From positions 1,184,001-1,248,000 of the forward strand of contig OY760074.1 of assembly GCA_963663035.1 (NCBI GenBank): DNA of 64,000 bases. The letters run 5' to 3'. This DNA comes from Acidobacteriota bacterium. GTDB lineage: Bacteria > Acidobacteriota > UBA6911 > RPQK01 > JADFOI01. Under the pieces are notes generated by a model. It was given only the letters and a program-made list of their open reading frames with translations, did no database searches and was not told the origin of the DNA. Made by a program: the position numbers and the translations under genes. How positions within the stretch are numbered: the stretch's first letter is position 1; every line of letters begins with the position of its first letter. Of the stretch, positions 19,971-29,274 are shown piece after piece.

Positions 19971-21099
19971 GATTCCATCTTAACCTTTAATTTCCTCTTC
20001 CTGCAGAACTCCAAGAGTTAAAAGGCCAAGGAAGCCTACATGCGTTCACAAGTGGAGGTTCAGCCGCTCAAGGCTGAAGGTTTATCCGCAGCAGATAAGG
20101 ATGAGAAGGCCAAACTCCTCAGAGGCAGTCTCTAAAATGAGCTGCAGTTTAGAGGAACGCAGTCCCAAAGCTTGGGCTGCAAAATATTAACTCTTTAGCA
20201 AAGGAGCTTGGCCATGAAAGATTCTATCAAAGAGATCACACAGATTCCGGAACTGACGATGGGTTTGGACCTGGGAGACAAATTTTCCTACTACTGCATC
20301 ATCGACAAGTCAGGACAGAAAGTGGAAGAAGGTAGGGTGAAGACTCAACGACGAGCCATGGAAAGGTTCTTCAAGTCTCAGCCAAAAATGCGGGTGGTGT
20401 TGGAAACGGGAACCCACTCTCGGTGGGTGCAAGCGATAGCCAAGGAGCAAGGACACGAAGAAATCGTGGCCAATCCCCGACAGGTTCGACTCATCAGCCA
20501 GAACCGAAAGAAATCGGACCGCAAGGATGGAGAGCTTCTGGGACGTTTAGGAAGAGTGGATCCCGAGCTGTTGTATCCGATTCAGCATCGGGGCGAAGCC
20601 GCTCAAGCGGACCTGGCGGTGGTTAAAGCTAGAGATGAGCTGGTGAGAGCCCGAACCCGGCTGGTCAATCCTATCCGAGGATCTGTGAAAGCCTTCGGGG
20701 AGCGTCTGCCCAGTTGTTCCACAGAGGCTTTTCCCCATCGGGTCAAACTCCACATTCCGGGTTGCCTGAAGATGGCTTTGGAGCCCCTGCTGGAGATGAT
20801 CCAACAGCTCACCGCACAGATCCGCCAATACGATCGGCAGATTCAGCAACTGTGCCAGCAGAAGTATCCGGACACCGAGAACCTTCAGCAAGTTCGAGGA
20901 GTAGGACCGATCACAGCTCTGGCCTTTGTTTTGACCCTCGAGGATGCCCATCGGTTTGGAAGAAGTCGCCAGGTGGGAGCGTATCTGGGGCTCACTCCCA
21001 GACAAGACCAATCCGGGAATCGGGATCCTCAGTTGAGGATTACCAAAGCCGGCGACCGATTCGTTCGCAAACTACTGGTCGGTAGTTCCCAGTACATCC

Positions 21100-22366
21100 T
21101 GACCTTGCCCCCTAAAACGAGTCCAGTTTGAATGTTAGGATTTCCGGTTTAGGAAGGAGGCAAGGATGGCAGGGAAGCGGTTTAGGGCAGAACAGATCAT
21201 CATGAAGCTGCGTGAGGCAGAGGTGGGTCTGGCCCAAGGACAGAGGGTGGGACAGGTGTCGAAGCAGATGGGGGTGAGCGAGCAGACCTACTACCGGTGG
21301 CGCAAAGAGTACGGAGGGCTCCGGTTGGACCAGGCCAAGAGGTTGAAGGTGTTGGAGAAGGAGAATACCCGGTTGGAGAAGCTGGTGGCGGATCTGTCTT
21401 TGGACAAGCAGATCCTGAAGGAAGTGTCCTCGGGAAACTTCTAGGCCCGGCGAACAGGAGACGAGCGGTGATGTGGGTACGAGAGCGATTAGGAGCAGAG
21501 CGAGTCTCCGAACGTCGGGCCTGCCAAGTGCTGGGACAGGTTCGATCGACCCAGCGAAGGGAAAGGCAAATTCCCGATGATGAGGCCCGATTGGTGGCCC
21601 GGATGGTGGAGTTGGCTACGCAATACGGGCGTTATGGCTACCGGCGGGTCACGGCGATACTTCATGGGGAAGGGTGGAAGGTGAATCCTAAGCGGGTGGA
21701 GAGGCTGTGGAGACAAGAAGGGCTGAAAGTCCCGTCCAGACAGCCGAAACGAAGGAGGCTGTGGCTTAATGACGGTTCCTGTGTTCGGTTACGAGCGGCT
21801 CGCAAGAACCACGTCTGGAGCTATGATTTCGTGCATGAACGGACCCATGATGGGCGAGCCTTTCGGCTATTGACGATCCTGGATGAGTACACCAGAGAGT
21901 GCCTCGCCATTGATGTGAAACGGCAGATGAATCACCAAGACGTGTTGGACCGGCTGGCGGAGTTATTCGTTGATCGGGGAGTGCCTGAGTTTATCCGGTC
22001 CGATAACGGATCGGAGTTTACGGCACAGGCGGTCCGGGACTGGCTGCAGGCTGTTGGGGTAAGGACCTTGTACATCGAGCCGGGCAGCCCCTGGGAGAAT
22101 GGGTACATTGAGAGTTTCAACGGGAAACTACGGGATGAGCTGCTGAACATGGAGATCTTCGACACGCTGGGGGAAGCCAAGGTGTTGGTAGAACGCTGGC
22201 GGAGGGATTACAATCAGATCCGGCCTCACAGCGCCTTGGCCTATCGGCCGCCGGCGCCAGAGGCCAAACTACCTAGGTCGCAGGCACTGGATCCAATCCC
22301 TTGGAGTGGACTTCAAATGGTCCCGGGTCTAGCATAGAGGGTGGACTCGTTCGTGGGGGCAGGTCA
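21100..22366 (+). mobile_element. IS3-family element (IS407-like), 4-bp target duplication ATCC
   Basis: TG...CA ends; ~25-bp imperfect TIR; ATCC at 21096-99 and 22367-70. Confidence 0.93.
21166..22337 (+). CDS. IS3 transposase OrfA (21166-21444) / OrfB joined by -1 programmed frameshift
   Basis: HTH OrfA; slippery GGGAAAC at 21432-21438; OrfB 'WSYDF', 'SDNGSEF', '[15 protein letters not shown]'. Confidence 0.92.
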
Positions 22367-22567
22367 ATCCTGGGACCTTTTGGCTCGGATTGTGACTTGC
22401 GACGCTATGGGGAGAGGATTGCTTCCAGAGGAGGAAAAAGCGCCAAGAAGCGAGCCGTGGTGGCGGTGGCTCGTAAACTCTCGGTCCTGCTGCACCATCT
22501 GTGGGTCACAGGAGAGACCTATGAACCGCTGTACAACAATCAAGAGTACCTGGAAGGGGCTGCCTAA

Positions 22568-22881
22568 GAGATTGAACCCAGAAGGGATTCCGGTGAACGT
22601 GACCCGCCCATGGAGTTAACCTCAATGATCCAAATGCCCAGTTCGGGTGACTGCGAACGACCTGCTGTTCCTTCCTTCGGAAGAGAACGAGCCGCAGATT
22701 GCAGCGCCCAGTTTGACGAACCCTTACATGCACCCAGTCCAAATCAAGGGCTGAAAAAGAGTGCGGATGGAAGCAAGGCAAACAAAATCAGCATCACTGG
22801 ATCGATTAAGCGAACTCCCATCAGCTGGCTTAATCACCCGGTCCCGGACTTTTGACCGCCAAGTCGGTCTTGACAAGAAAG
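22568..22881 (+). ncRNA. Putative bridge/seek RNA of the IS1111 element
   Basis: Two stem-internal loop-hairpin units. Loop strands gacctgct(g) 22659-67 and gccgcag 22691-97 match the target. ccttacat 22722-29 and atggaag 22767-73 match the predicted circle junction. RNA boundaries are not determinable. Confidence 0.75.
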
Positions 22882-22895
22882 GGCCTTCTCATGGA

Positions 22896-22935
22896 AGCAG
22901 GTCTTGGAAGCGAGGGTCGTCGCGGAGGGGGTGGA
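22896..22935 (-). repeat. Kinase 3'-end relic, upstream half (PLRDDPRFQDL); continues at 20094-20068 (LLRINLQP*)
   Basis: Joined flanks translate HPLRDDPRFQDLLLRINLQP*, vs the intact kinase DPLHADPRFQDLLRRMNLMP*. Confidence 0.85.
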
Positions 22936-22999
22936 TCCTCCCCCGACTTCTTGAGCTCAGTTCGCTAGGTGAGCTTGGCGGACTAACATCTATCGCTCG

Positions 23000-24333
23000 C
23001 TACTTTGCACAGGTGCGGAACCCCGCGAAAATGTCATTTCGGTAGGGTCGGAAAAAGTTGCGATAGCCATTGCAAGCAAGACGAGAGCGAGTGGCCCAGG
23101 CGCCGCCCTTTAGTACCTTACGATACCCAAACCAAGGGGCAGAATATTCCTGATAAGGAAAATCCACAATGTACCCCGGAAAAGGATAAAAAGGGGAAGC
23201 GGTCCACTCCCACACATTGCCGATCATCTGGCGGCATCCAAAGGCGCTATCTCCAGAGGGAAACGCAGCAACATCGGCGCATCCCAGAGCACGTGAATCC
23301 AGATTGGCACGATCAGGCGTCGGAAACTCATCTCCCCAGGGATACCGTCTCTGGCCTTCAGCGATTCCTCTACCGCCGCTGGAAGGTTTCCCCATGGCGG
23401 ACATTTCCCATTCTGGCTCCGTGGGGAGGCGTCTCCCCGCCCACTGACAATAGGCTTCGGCTTCGTACCAATTGACATGGATTATGGGAGCGTTCTCTTC
23501 AAGGGGGACCAGCTTGTTGAAGTGCCGACGCAACCATCCCTTCTCACCCCGGCTCCAGTAGAGAGGATGCTGGGCTCCAGCCTTGGTCCGCCAAATCCAC
23601 CCTTGAGGACTTCACAGTTCCTGCCGCAGATATCCTCCATCATCCACGAACTCCGAGAACTCGGCGTTGGACACAGGAGCACGATCTATTTGAAAGGAAG
23701 CGGTTTGCACCGGATGTGCCCACTTCTCATTATCGAAGACAAAGGGAAGGTCCGGCGTAGCTCCGAGTTGAAACGTGGCTTCTGGAATTTCCACGTCTCC
23801 AGGCAAAGGGCCTTCGCTCAACTCAGCGGGAGTTCCTTCTGTGTGAGCGGTGGAAAGCTGAGGCAGGGGGTACTCCAGCGGCTGTCTCATATAGGTAAAA
23901 GCCTCCCCATGCATATCCTCGTGAAACACTGACAGAAGATACAAATAGGTTTCCTCGGCGCTGGGTTCACGCGAGGCTAAACGTTCGACAACTAACTTCA
24001 ATGTGTGCTGCATGTAATCCAGAGTTTTCTCTCTTGAAGGGAGAGGTAAAGACCAGCGATCATCGTGGTCAACTGTGAATGAGTTATAAGAATTATCTCC
24101 GTCTTCCATAATCGGATCGATATGATCCAGGCCGCGCAAGAGAAATATGTCGTAAAAAAAGCAACGTGTCCCAGCTCCCAACGAAACGGATTAACGATCT
24201 CAAGCAGAGGGACGTTTAGTTGGTCAACTTCCAGATCGGTGAGCAGTTCCAACGTTCAATCACGAGCATCGTTGACCAGTTGGAGAAGCTCCGAGGCTGG
24301 AAGCTTGAAGTGCTTATCCTTTAGATTGTTCAT
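23000..24333 (-). pseudogene. EgtB/SenA-like sulfoxide synthase (DinB + FGE-sulfatase domains), disrupted
   Basis: 'VNPFRWELGHVAFF', 'FHEDMHGEAF', 'FDNEKWAH', 'RLPTEPEWE', 'GNVWEWT', 'FAGFRTC' spread over 3 frames; in-frame TGA at ~24257. Confidence 0.88.
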
Positions 24334-24357
24334 ACTAGTGAATTCCCCCACAGAGGA

Positions 24358-24483
24358 TCGGGCAGCACCTTAATGGCCACTTCACTGCTGAGATTAGTGT
24401 CCTGGGCACGATGAACCTCTCTCATGCCGCCCCTGGCCAATCTTTTCAGGGATCTTGTAGTGAGACAGAACATTCCCGACCAC
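24358..24483 (-). pseudogene. Ser/Thr kinase 5'-end relic (~41 codons)
   Basis: VGNVLSHYKIPEKIGQG/GMREVHRAQDTNLSSEVAIKVLPD, with 1 extra G; promoter TTGCCT-18-TACCAT at 24531-24560. Confidence 0.85.
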
Positions 24484-24569
24484 AGTGGGCTCCCCGTCTC
24501 CTTCAACGTGTGGGACGTGACTCTTTGTAGATGGTAGACCTTCGAGGGCGGGGAAGGCAATGGTGATGT

Positions 24570-25868
24570 GGTGCCCATTCCGAAAGATGGGTAACAAATT
24601 ATACCGGACACATGGGTAACACTTATAGGCTTCTTCTGGGAGGTGCCCAGAGATGCCATGGAAGGAGATCTGTGTGATGGACGAGAGAATGAGATTTATA
24701 GCGAAGCTGTTGGATGGGGAGTCCATGAGCCGTCTGTGTGAGGAGTTTGGGATATCCAGAAAGACGGGCTACAAGATTTGGAACCGCTATCAAAACACCG
24801 GCGCTTACGCCCTGGTGGATCGGAGCCGCAAGCCGCATCGTTACGGAAACCAACTGCCCGAACAGGTGGAACGGACCCTGGTCAGGCTAAAGCGAGAGAA
24901 GCCGTATTGGGGAGCTCCCAAGATTCGGGCGCTCCTGATTCGTAGGTTTCCGAATGTACGGCCGCCTGCGGTGAGCACAGTTCACGCGGTTCTGGATCGC
25001 AACGGCCTGGTGAACTGTAGAAAACGGCGACGGTTCAAGGCAGAGGGGACTCGATTGTCCAGCAGCCAGAATCCCAATGACCTTTGGTCTGCCGACTTCA
25101 AAGGAGAGTTCATGCTGGGAGACAAACGGTACTGTTATCCTCTCACCGTGAGCGATCACGCCAGCCGTTATCTGCTCGCCATCGAGGCTCTCGACAGTGT
25201 TAAGGAAAGAGGTGCTTTCCCCGTATTCGAGAGAACCTTTCAAGAGTTAGGTTTGCCGGAAGCGATCCGCACGGACAACGGAGTCCCTTTTGCATCACCC
25301 AACGGATTGTTTGGACTCAGTCGACTGGCCGTCTGGTGGCTTAGGCTAGGAATCCGAATCGAGAGGATCAAGCCCGGCCATCCCGAGCAGAACGGAAGGC
25401 ATGAGCGCCTTCATCTCACCCTCAAGAAGGCCACAGTCGTTCCCGCTGCCCACAACCTTCTTCAGCAGCAAGAGAGGTTTAATGCCTTTCAGGCGGAATA
25501 CAATACTGAGAGACCTCATGAGGCCCTGGGCATGAAGTTTCCGTCCGAGGTCTATACTCCCGCATCTTGTCCCTACCGAGGAATCGGGCGCGTCGAGTAC
25601 CCCATGCACGATCGCACCGTGACCGTCACCAGCTGCGGCAGAATCTGTATGAAAAGTCAAAAGATCAACTTCAGCACGGTGTTTGCTGGTCAAGATGTTG
25701 GAATCAAAGAGGTCAAAGAGAAAATTTGGCTGGTGTCGTTTATGGAATACGACCTCGGTTACTTTGACGAAGACAGTAGAAGGTTTGAACCTATAAATAA
25801 CCCTTTTGGTGCAAAGGTGTTACCTATGTCTTCGGAATAAACTGTAACCTATGTGTCCGGAATGCACC
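24570..25868 (+). mobile_element. IS481-family element with doubled terminal motifs
   Basis: Left ggtgcccattccgaaagatgggtaaca..ccggacacatgggtaaca; right tgttacctatgtcttcgg..tgtaacctatgtgtccggaatgcacc. Exact ends approximate. Confidence 0.8.
24653..25840 (+). CDS. IS481-family DDE transposase
   Basis: 'MPWKE', HTH, 'WSADFKG', 'RTDNGVPF', 'QNGRHERLH'. Confidence 0.93.
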   Translation: MPWKEICVMDERMRFIAKLLDGESMSRLCEEFGISRKTGYKIWNRYQNTGAYALVDRSRKPHRYGNQLPEQVERTLVRLKREKPYWGAPKIRALLIRRFPNVRPPAVSTVHAVLDRNGLVNCRKRRRFKAEGTRLSSSQNPNDLWSADFKGEFMLGDKRYCYPLTVSDHASRYLLAIEALDSVKERGAFPVFERTFQELGLPEAIRTDNGVPFASPNGLFGLSRLAVWWLRLGIRIERIKPGHPEQNGRHERLHLTLKKATVVPAAHNLLQQQERFNAFQAEYNTERPHEALGMKFPSEVYTPASCPYRGIGRVEYPMHDRTVTVTSCGRICMKSQKINFSTVFAGQDVGIKEVKEKIWLVSFMEYDLGYFDEDSRRFEPINNPFGAKVLPMSSE

Positions 25869-25877
25869 GATTTTAAC

Positions 25878-25922
25878 TGGCGCGCCCGACAGGATTCGAA
25901 CCTGTGACCTTGGGTTTCGTAG
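25878..25922 (-). repeat. att-like duplication of the tRNA-Arg 3' half (retains CCA)
   Basis: 25880-25922 matches 28965-29007 at 42/43, ending in the anticodon loop. Confidence 0.93.
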
Positions 25923-26211
25923 GTTGAAGTCGCCGGTTTTCACCTCATTTCATCTCAGTGCATCTGAGTTTCTATCATCTTTGGAAACAACACCTTAAAA
26001 CCCAGCGAGTATTTCATCTCACTTTCTCTCATCTTTGTCAGTTTGGCTCATCTCGTTAGATGAAATTAGATTGAGGGGGGCGAATGCAGGGATACTCTGT
26101 CTATTGTTTCTTGTGTGGCCCACGTGCATCATCTAGTATTGGCACTAAGCCCATGCCATTTTGACGGCACCACAACAAGAACCAAAAGGAGAAACAGGGG
26201 AGGGTATCACG

Positions 26212-28110
26212 ATGCATAAACACCATATCTGGATCGCGGCTGTAGTGATCGCTGCAAGCATCTCTGTTGGCGTAGCCCAACAGACCGCCGACACCGTTTT
26301 GTACAACGGCAAGATTTTGACCGTGGACTCGAACTTCACCATTGCACAGGCGGTGGCGGTGCGCGGCAACCGGATTACGGCTGTGGGCACGAACGATGAA
26401 GTGCTCAGGCTGGCCGGGCCGAACACGCGCAGGATTGATTTGAAGGGGAAGACGGTGACGCCGGGGCTGATCCATACACACGTCCATTTGCAAGCGGTCG
26501 GTGCTTATGGCCGCGAACTGGGAACCGTCAAGAGCAGGCAAATATCCCTAAGCGTGAGAGGAATGAAAACTCCGGACGAAGTCCTTCAGCAGATCCGGGA
26601 CATTATTGCAGCTTTCAAGTTTCCGCCGGGTGAGTGGCTCTATTTCTCCCCCAACTGGACGGGAAGTCAGGCTGACCTGATTTTTAACCAGCTAAACGCG
26701 AAGGAACTGGACAAGGCCGCTCCCAACCATCCGATCGTTATGAGGGTGGGAATATCGGCAAATAACATCAATATGTTGAACTCGATGGCTCTTGCGGAGA
26801 TGTGGCGCAAGTACGGACTCTTCATTGAAAGGTATGGGCGCTACTGGGCCGACGAATCGGGCAGGCCGACTGGTATTCTGGAGGCCCCGGCCAGCCAAAT
26901 CGTTTGGGAGGATCAGGAGTTTGGGCTGTTTCCCAAGCCCGAAGACGCGGGCCCGTACTTCAGGAAACTTCTTGTCGAAAACTACTCGTCCGTGGGTATC
27001 ACGACGCTTTCGGGAGCTCTGAATACGGCCAATGTGCAGGCCTATCAGTGGCTGGACTCGCGGGACGAGATGCCGCTCAGATATGCCTATGGGGCCATGG
27101 CGGGGTTTCAGCCAGGCGTGGACATGAAGCAGTACCAGTTGGGCTCCGGCACCGACAATGTTTTCATCTCGTCCGTGACCGCGCGCGCGACCGACGGGGG
27201 CGGTGTCAGAAGGTGTATTGATCTAACCAGAGACAATGAGGCAGTGGCCGATGGGGTCCAGGTCAGCGCCCTGAACTCGGGGGATATGAATGCAGTCGCC
27301 ACCGAGTGGTGGCCGCGGGGCCAGTGCAACCTGGATATTGAGTACAGCGGAAGCACCAGGGGAGCGCGTATTAGCGGCAACCGCTTCCTGGAGTGGTACC
27401 GGGAGGTTGCCGTGGAGGGTCTGCGGTCGGCCAATTCTCACGCCGCGGGAGAGGCATCCATCTACATGATGCTTAACACGTGGGAGCGAATCGACCAGGC
27501 CGATCCGGGATCAGTCAAGGGCTGGGCATTCGACCATTGCACCATGGTTCCTCCCGACGCCATTCCGCGGGCGGCAGCACTGGAACTGATGTTTAGCTGT
27601 AACATGGTAAATGCCATCTCCTCAGACCTGGAAAGAGGAGCCCGGTCGACGCTTGGGGCCTATGGAGCGGATATTCTCAACACCTATGGGGCCCCCATCG
27701 GGAGCATGCTCGAGGCCGGAATCAATGTCTCCTCGGAAGGAGCGTGGGACAGCATTGAAACCATGATCACGCGCCTTGACCACGAAGGGAAGGTCTGGGG
27801 AGCCGATCAGCGCATAGATCGGCGAACCGCCCTGAAAGTGGGAACGCAGAACGGGGCCAATTACGTCCTGAAAGGAGATCAGTTGGGTTCGCTCGAGCCG
27901 GGAAAGTTTGCGGATCTGATCATCCTGGATCGCGATTACATGAGCATGCCGGTGGAGGAGATTTCGGAGATGCGACCTCTGATGACCATGAAAGGTGGCC
28001 AATTTATCTTTTTACGCACCGACTTTTCCGATGAGTACAACCTGAAGCCGGTCGGTGCGGAAATCAGCACGTTTGAGGATTTGCGGGCGCGTCGTCCGGG
28101 ACGTGAATGA
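26212..28110 (+). CDS. Secreted amidohydrolase-3 family protein (paralog of 16768..18621)
   Basis: Signal peptide; 'ADTVLYNGKILT', 'PGLIHTHVH', 'GSLEPGKFADLIILDRD'. Confidence 0.9.
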   Translation: MHKHHIWIAAVVIAASISVGVAQQTADTVLYNGKILTVDSNFTIAQAVAVRGNRITAVGTNDEVLRLAGPNTRRIDLKGKTVTPGLIHTHVHLQAVGAYGRELGTVKSRQISLSVRGMKTPDEVLQQIRDIIAAFKFPPGEWLYFSPNWTGSQADLIFNQLNAKELDKAAPNHPIVMRVGISANNINMLNSMALAEMWRKYGLFIERYGRYWADESGRPTGILEAPASQIVWEDQEFGLFPKPEDAGPYFRKLLVENYSSVGITTLSGALNTANVQAYQWLDSRDEMPLRYAYGAMAGFQPGVDMKQYQLGSGTDNVFISSVTARATDGGGVRRCIDLTRDNEAVADGVQVSALNSGDMNAVATEWWPRGQCNLDIEYSGSTRGARISGNRFLEWYREVAVEGLRSANSHAAGEASIYMMLNTWERIDQADPGSVKGWAFDHCTMVPPDAIPRAAALELMFSCNMVNAISSDLERGARSTLGAYGADILNTYGAPIGSMLEAGINVSSEGAWDSIETMITRLDHEGKVWGADQRIDRRTALKVGTQNGANYVLKGDQLGSLEPGKFADLIILDRDYMSMPVEEISEMRPLMTMKGGQFIFLRTDFSDEYNLKPVGAEISTFEDLRARRPGRE

Positions 28111-28238
28111 GCCGGCGTCTCTGGCCGTGGCTGCTCAGAAATCGAGAAAGTAACTGTACTTGAGCGAGATGACCCGCTCCATCCTTCCAGCATCGGTGGT
28201 TGATGAGCAGGTGTCGAGGTGCCTGAGTGGAAGTGACA

Positions 28239-28808
28239 ATGAACAGGCTTGTTTTGGGCAAATCGTTGGTGCTGGTGGCGTTTGTTGCATCGGCCTTAAT
28301 GTACGGACAAGATATTGCCTCCCTGCAGGAGTCGGTTGGTCCGTCTCTAGACTTGAGTTCTGATATCGAGGGTCCAGGGTGGGAGGTTACGATTACCGTT
28401 AACCTCCGTGTTCCAGTGGACGTGAGGGTCGGAAAAGCCATGAGTGAGATTACCTATCCGATCAAGACTCTCGAGTTTATTGAGGCCATACGCGGTCTGT
28501 CTGCAGAGGCCGTGGGAGCGAAGGTGACTGCAGTTACCGAAGCCCTCGACGGCGATTACTCAATACTGCGGGTGACGATTGCGGCCAAAGAGGGAGAGTC
28601 GATTCCGCAGGGTATTGTCGCCGATCTTCGTTTCATGATTTCCGAGGAGGTGCTTGCTGACGATACCACGGTCCCACTGATCAACCAGGTATCCGCTTGG
28701 TCAGACGAGATCCCTCCAAATCCGATTGAATCCATTACAGGAGAAGACGGGGCAGTGACGATATCCGCGAATCCCCCCGTCTTTGCGTGCTTCTTTTTCA
28801 TGCATTAG
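28239..28808 (+). CDS. Secreted beta-sandwich (cohesin-like) protein ending in ACFFFMH
   Basis: Signal peptide; alternating beta-strand pattern; fold assignment is inference. Confidence 0.55.
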   Translation: MNRLVLGKSLVLVAFVASALMYGQDIASLQESVGPSLDLSSDIEGPGWEVTITVNLRVPVDVRVGKAMSEITYPIKTLEFIEAIRGLSAEAVGAKVTAVTEALDGDYSILRVTIAAKEGESIPQGIVADLRFMISEEVLADDTTVPLINQVSAWSDEIPPNPIESITGEDGAVTISANPPVFACFFFMH

Positions 28809-28860
28809 CCTTTCCCCATCTGTGCGAATTCACGCTTCTGAGGTGACTGTAACTTCCTGA

Positions 28861-28922
28861 GGCTTTGTCAAGTTAAGGCAGAGGCAGGCACAATTGACAG
28901 ATGGAATCGCTTGATCGAGGGC
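28861..28922 (+). mobile_element. IS6 left-end relic
   Basis: ggctttgtcaagttaaggcagaggcaggcacaattgacagatgg... is a diverged copy of 62336-62397. Confidence 0.85.
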
Positions 28923-28965
28923 AGGGAATTGGTTTATCTAACTGATCTGAAAAGAGTTAAGAAAG

Positions 28966-29039
28966 CGCGCCCGACAGGATTCGAACCTGTGACCTTTGGT
29001 TTCGTAGACCAACGCTCTATCCAGCTGAGCTACGGGCGC
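28966..29039 (-). tRNA. tRNA-Arg(ACG), CCA not encoded
   Basis: GCGCCCG-TAGCTCAGCTGGATAGAGC-G-TTGGT-CT ACG AA-ACCAA-AGGTC-ACAGG TTCGAAT CCTGT-CGGGCGC-G cloverleaf. Confidence 0.97.
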
Positions 29040-29274
29040 AAATGGGTTTCCATCGCAGTGAGAAAACGAAGACAGATTGTAACATGGTCAGACGATGGTT
29101 TCTTCTTGCTCGGGCCAATCTGCTCAAGAAATACTCTGTTGACCTGCCTTGCCCTCCCAGATAGACTAGCCTCCAGAAAGTGGCTTCTTATTCCCTTGAG
29201 ATTAACCACTCTAAACTCTTTGGATAAAGGGTTTAATTAGAGAAGTCTTCAGTCTTACCGCTGTTCCTGAAAGG

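Larger units (their letters stand above)
20214..22567 (+). pseudogene. IS110 DEDD recombinase, split by IS3 at 21100-22366
   Basis: GLDLG, LETG, KSDRKD (DEDD); 'GVGPITA', 'YLGLTP..QSG'. Removing IS3 restores QYILGPFG...AVARKL. Confidence 0.92.
20095..22897 (+). mobile_element. IS110-family, IS1111-type element, interrupted by an IS3; inserted into a kinase 3'-end relic
   Basis: 11-bp subterminal inverted repeats atgagaaggcc (20101-20111)/ggccttctcat (22882-22892); AG core at 20093-94 and 22896-97; ~310-nt non-coding region after the transposase. Confidence 0.9.

Noticed and set aside
11484-20100. Classical integron with attC cassettes
   Set aside because: No IntI, no attC-type R''/R' palindromes recognised, and cargo genes are in mixed orientation.
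22870-22897. IS1111 circle-junction promoter
   Set aside because: TTGACA is present at 22870-75, but no convincing -10 forms at 16-18 bp spacing in the predicted junction; not claimed.
24569-24576. tggtgccc as another tRNA 3' relic
   Set aside because: Better explained as the IS481 left end, which mirrors aatgcacc at the right end.
25878-25922. Second functional tRNA-Arg
   Set aside because: Only the 3' half is present; no D-arm or 5' acceptor strand.
28911-29240. 109-aa ORF
   Set aside because: Overlaps the tRNA-Arg gene and IS6 relic.
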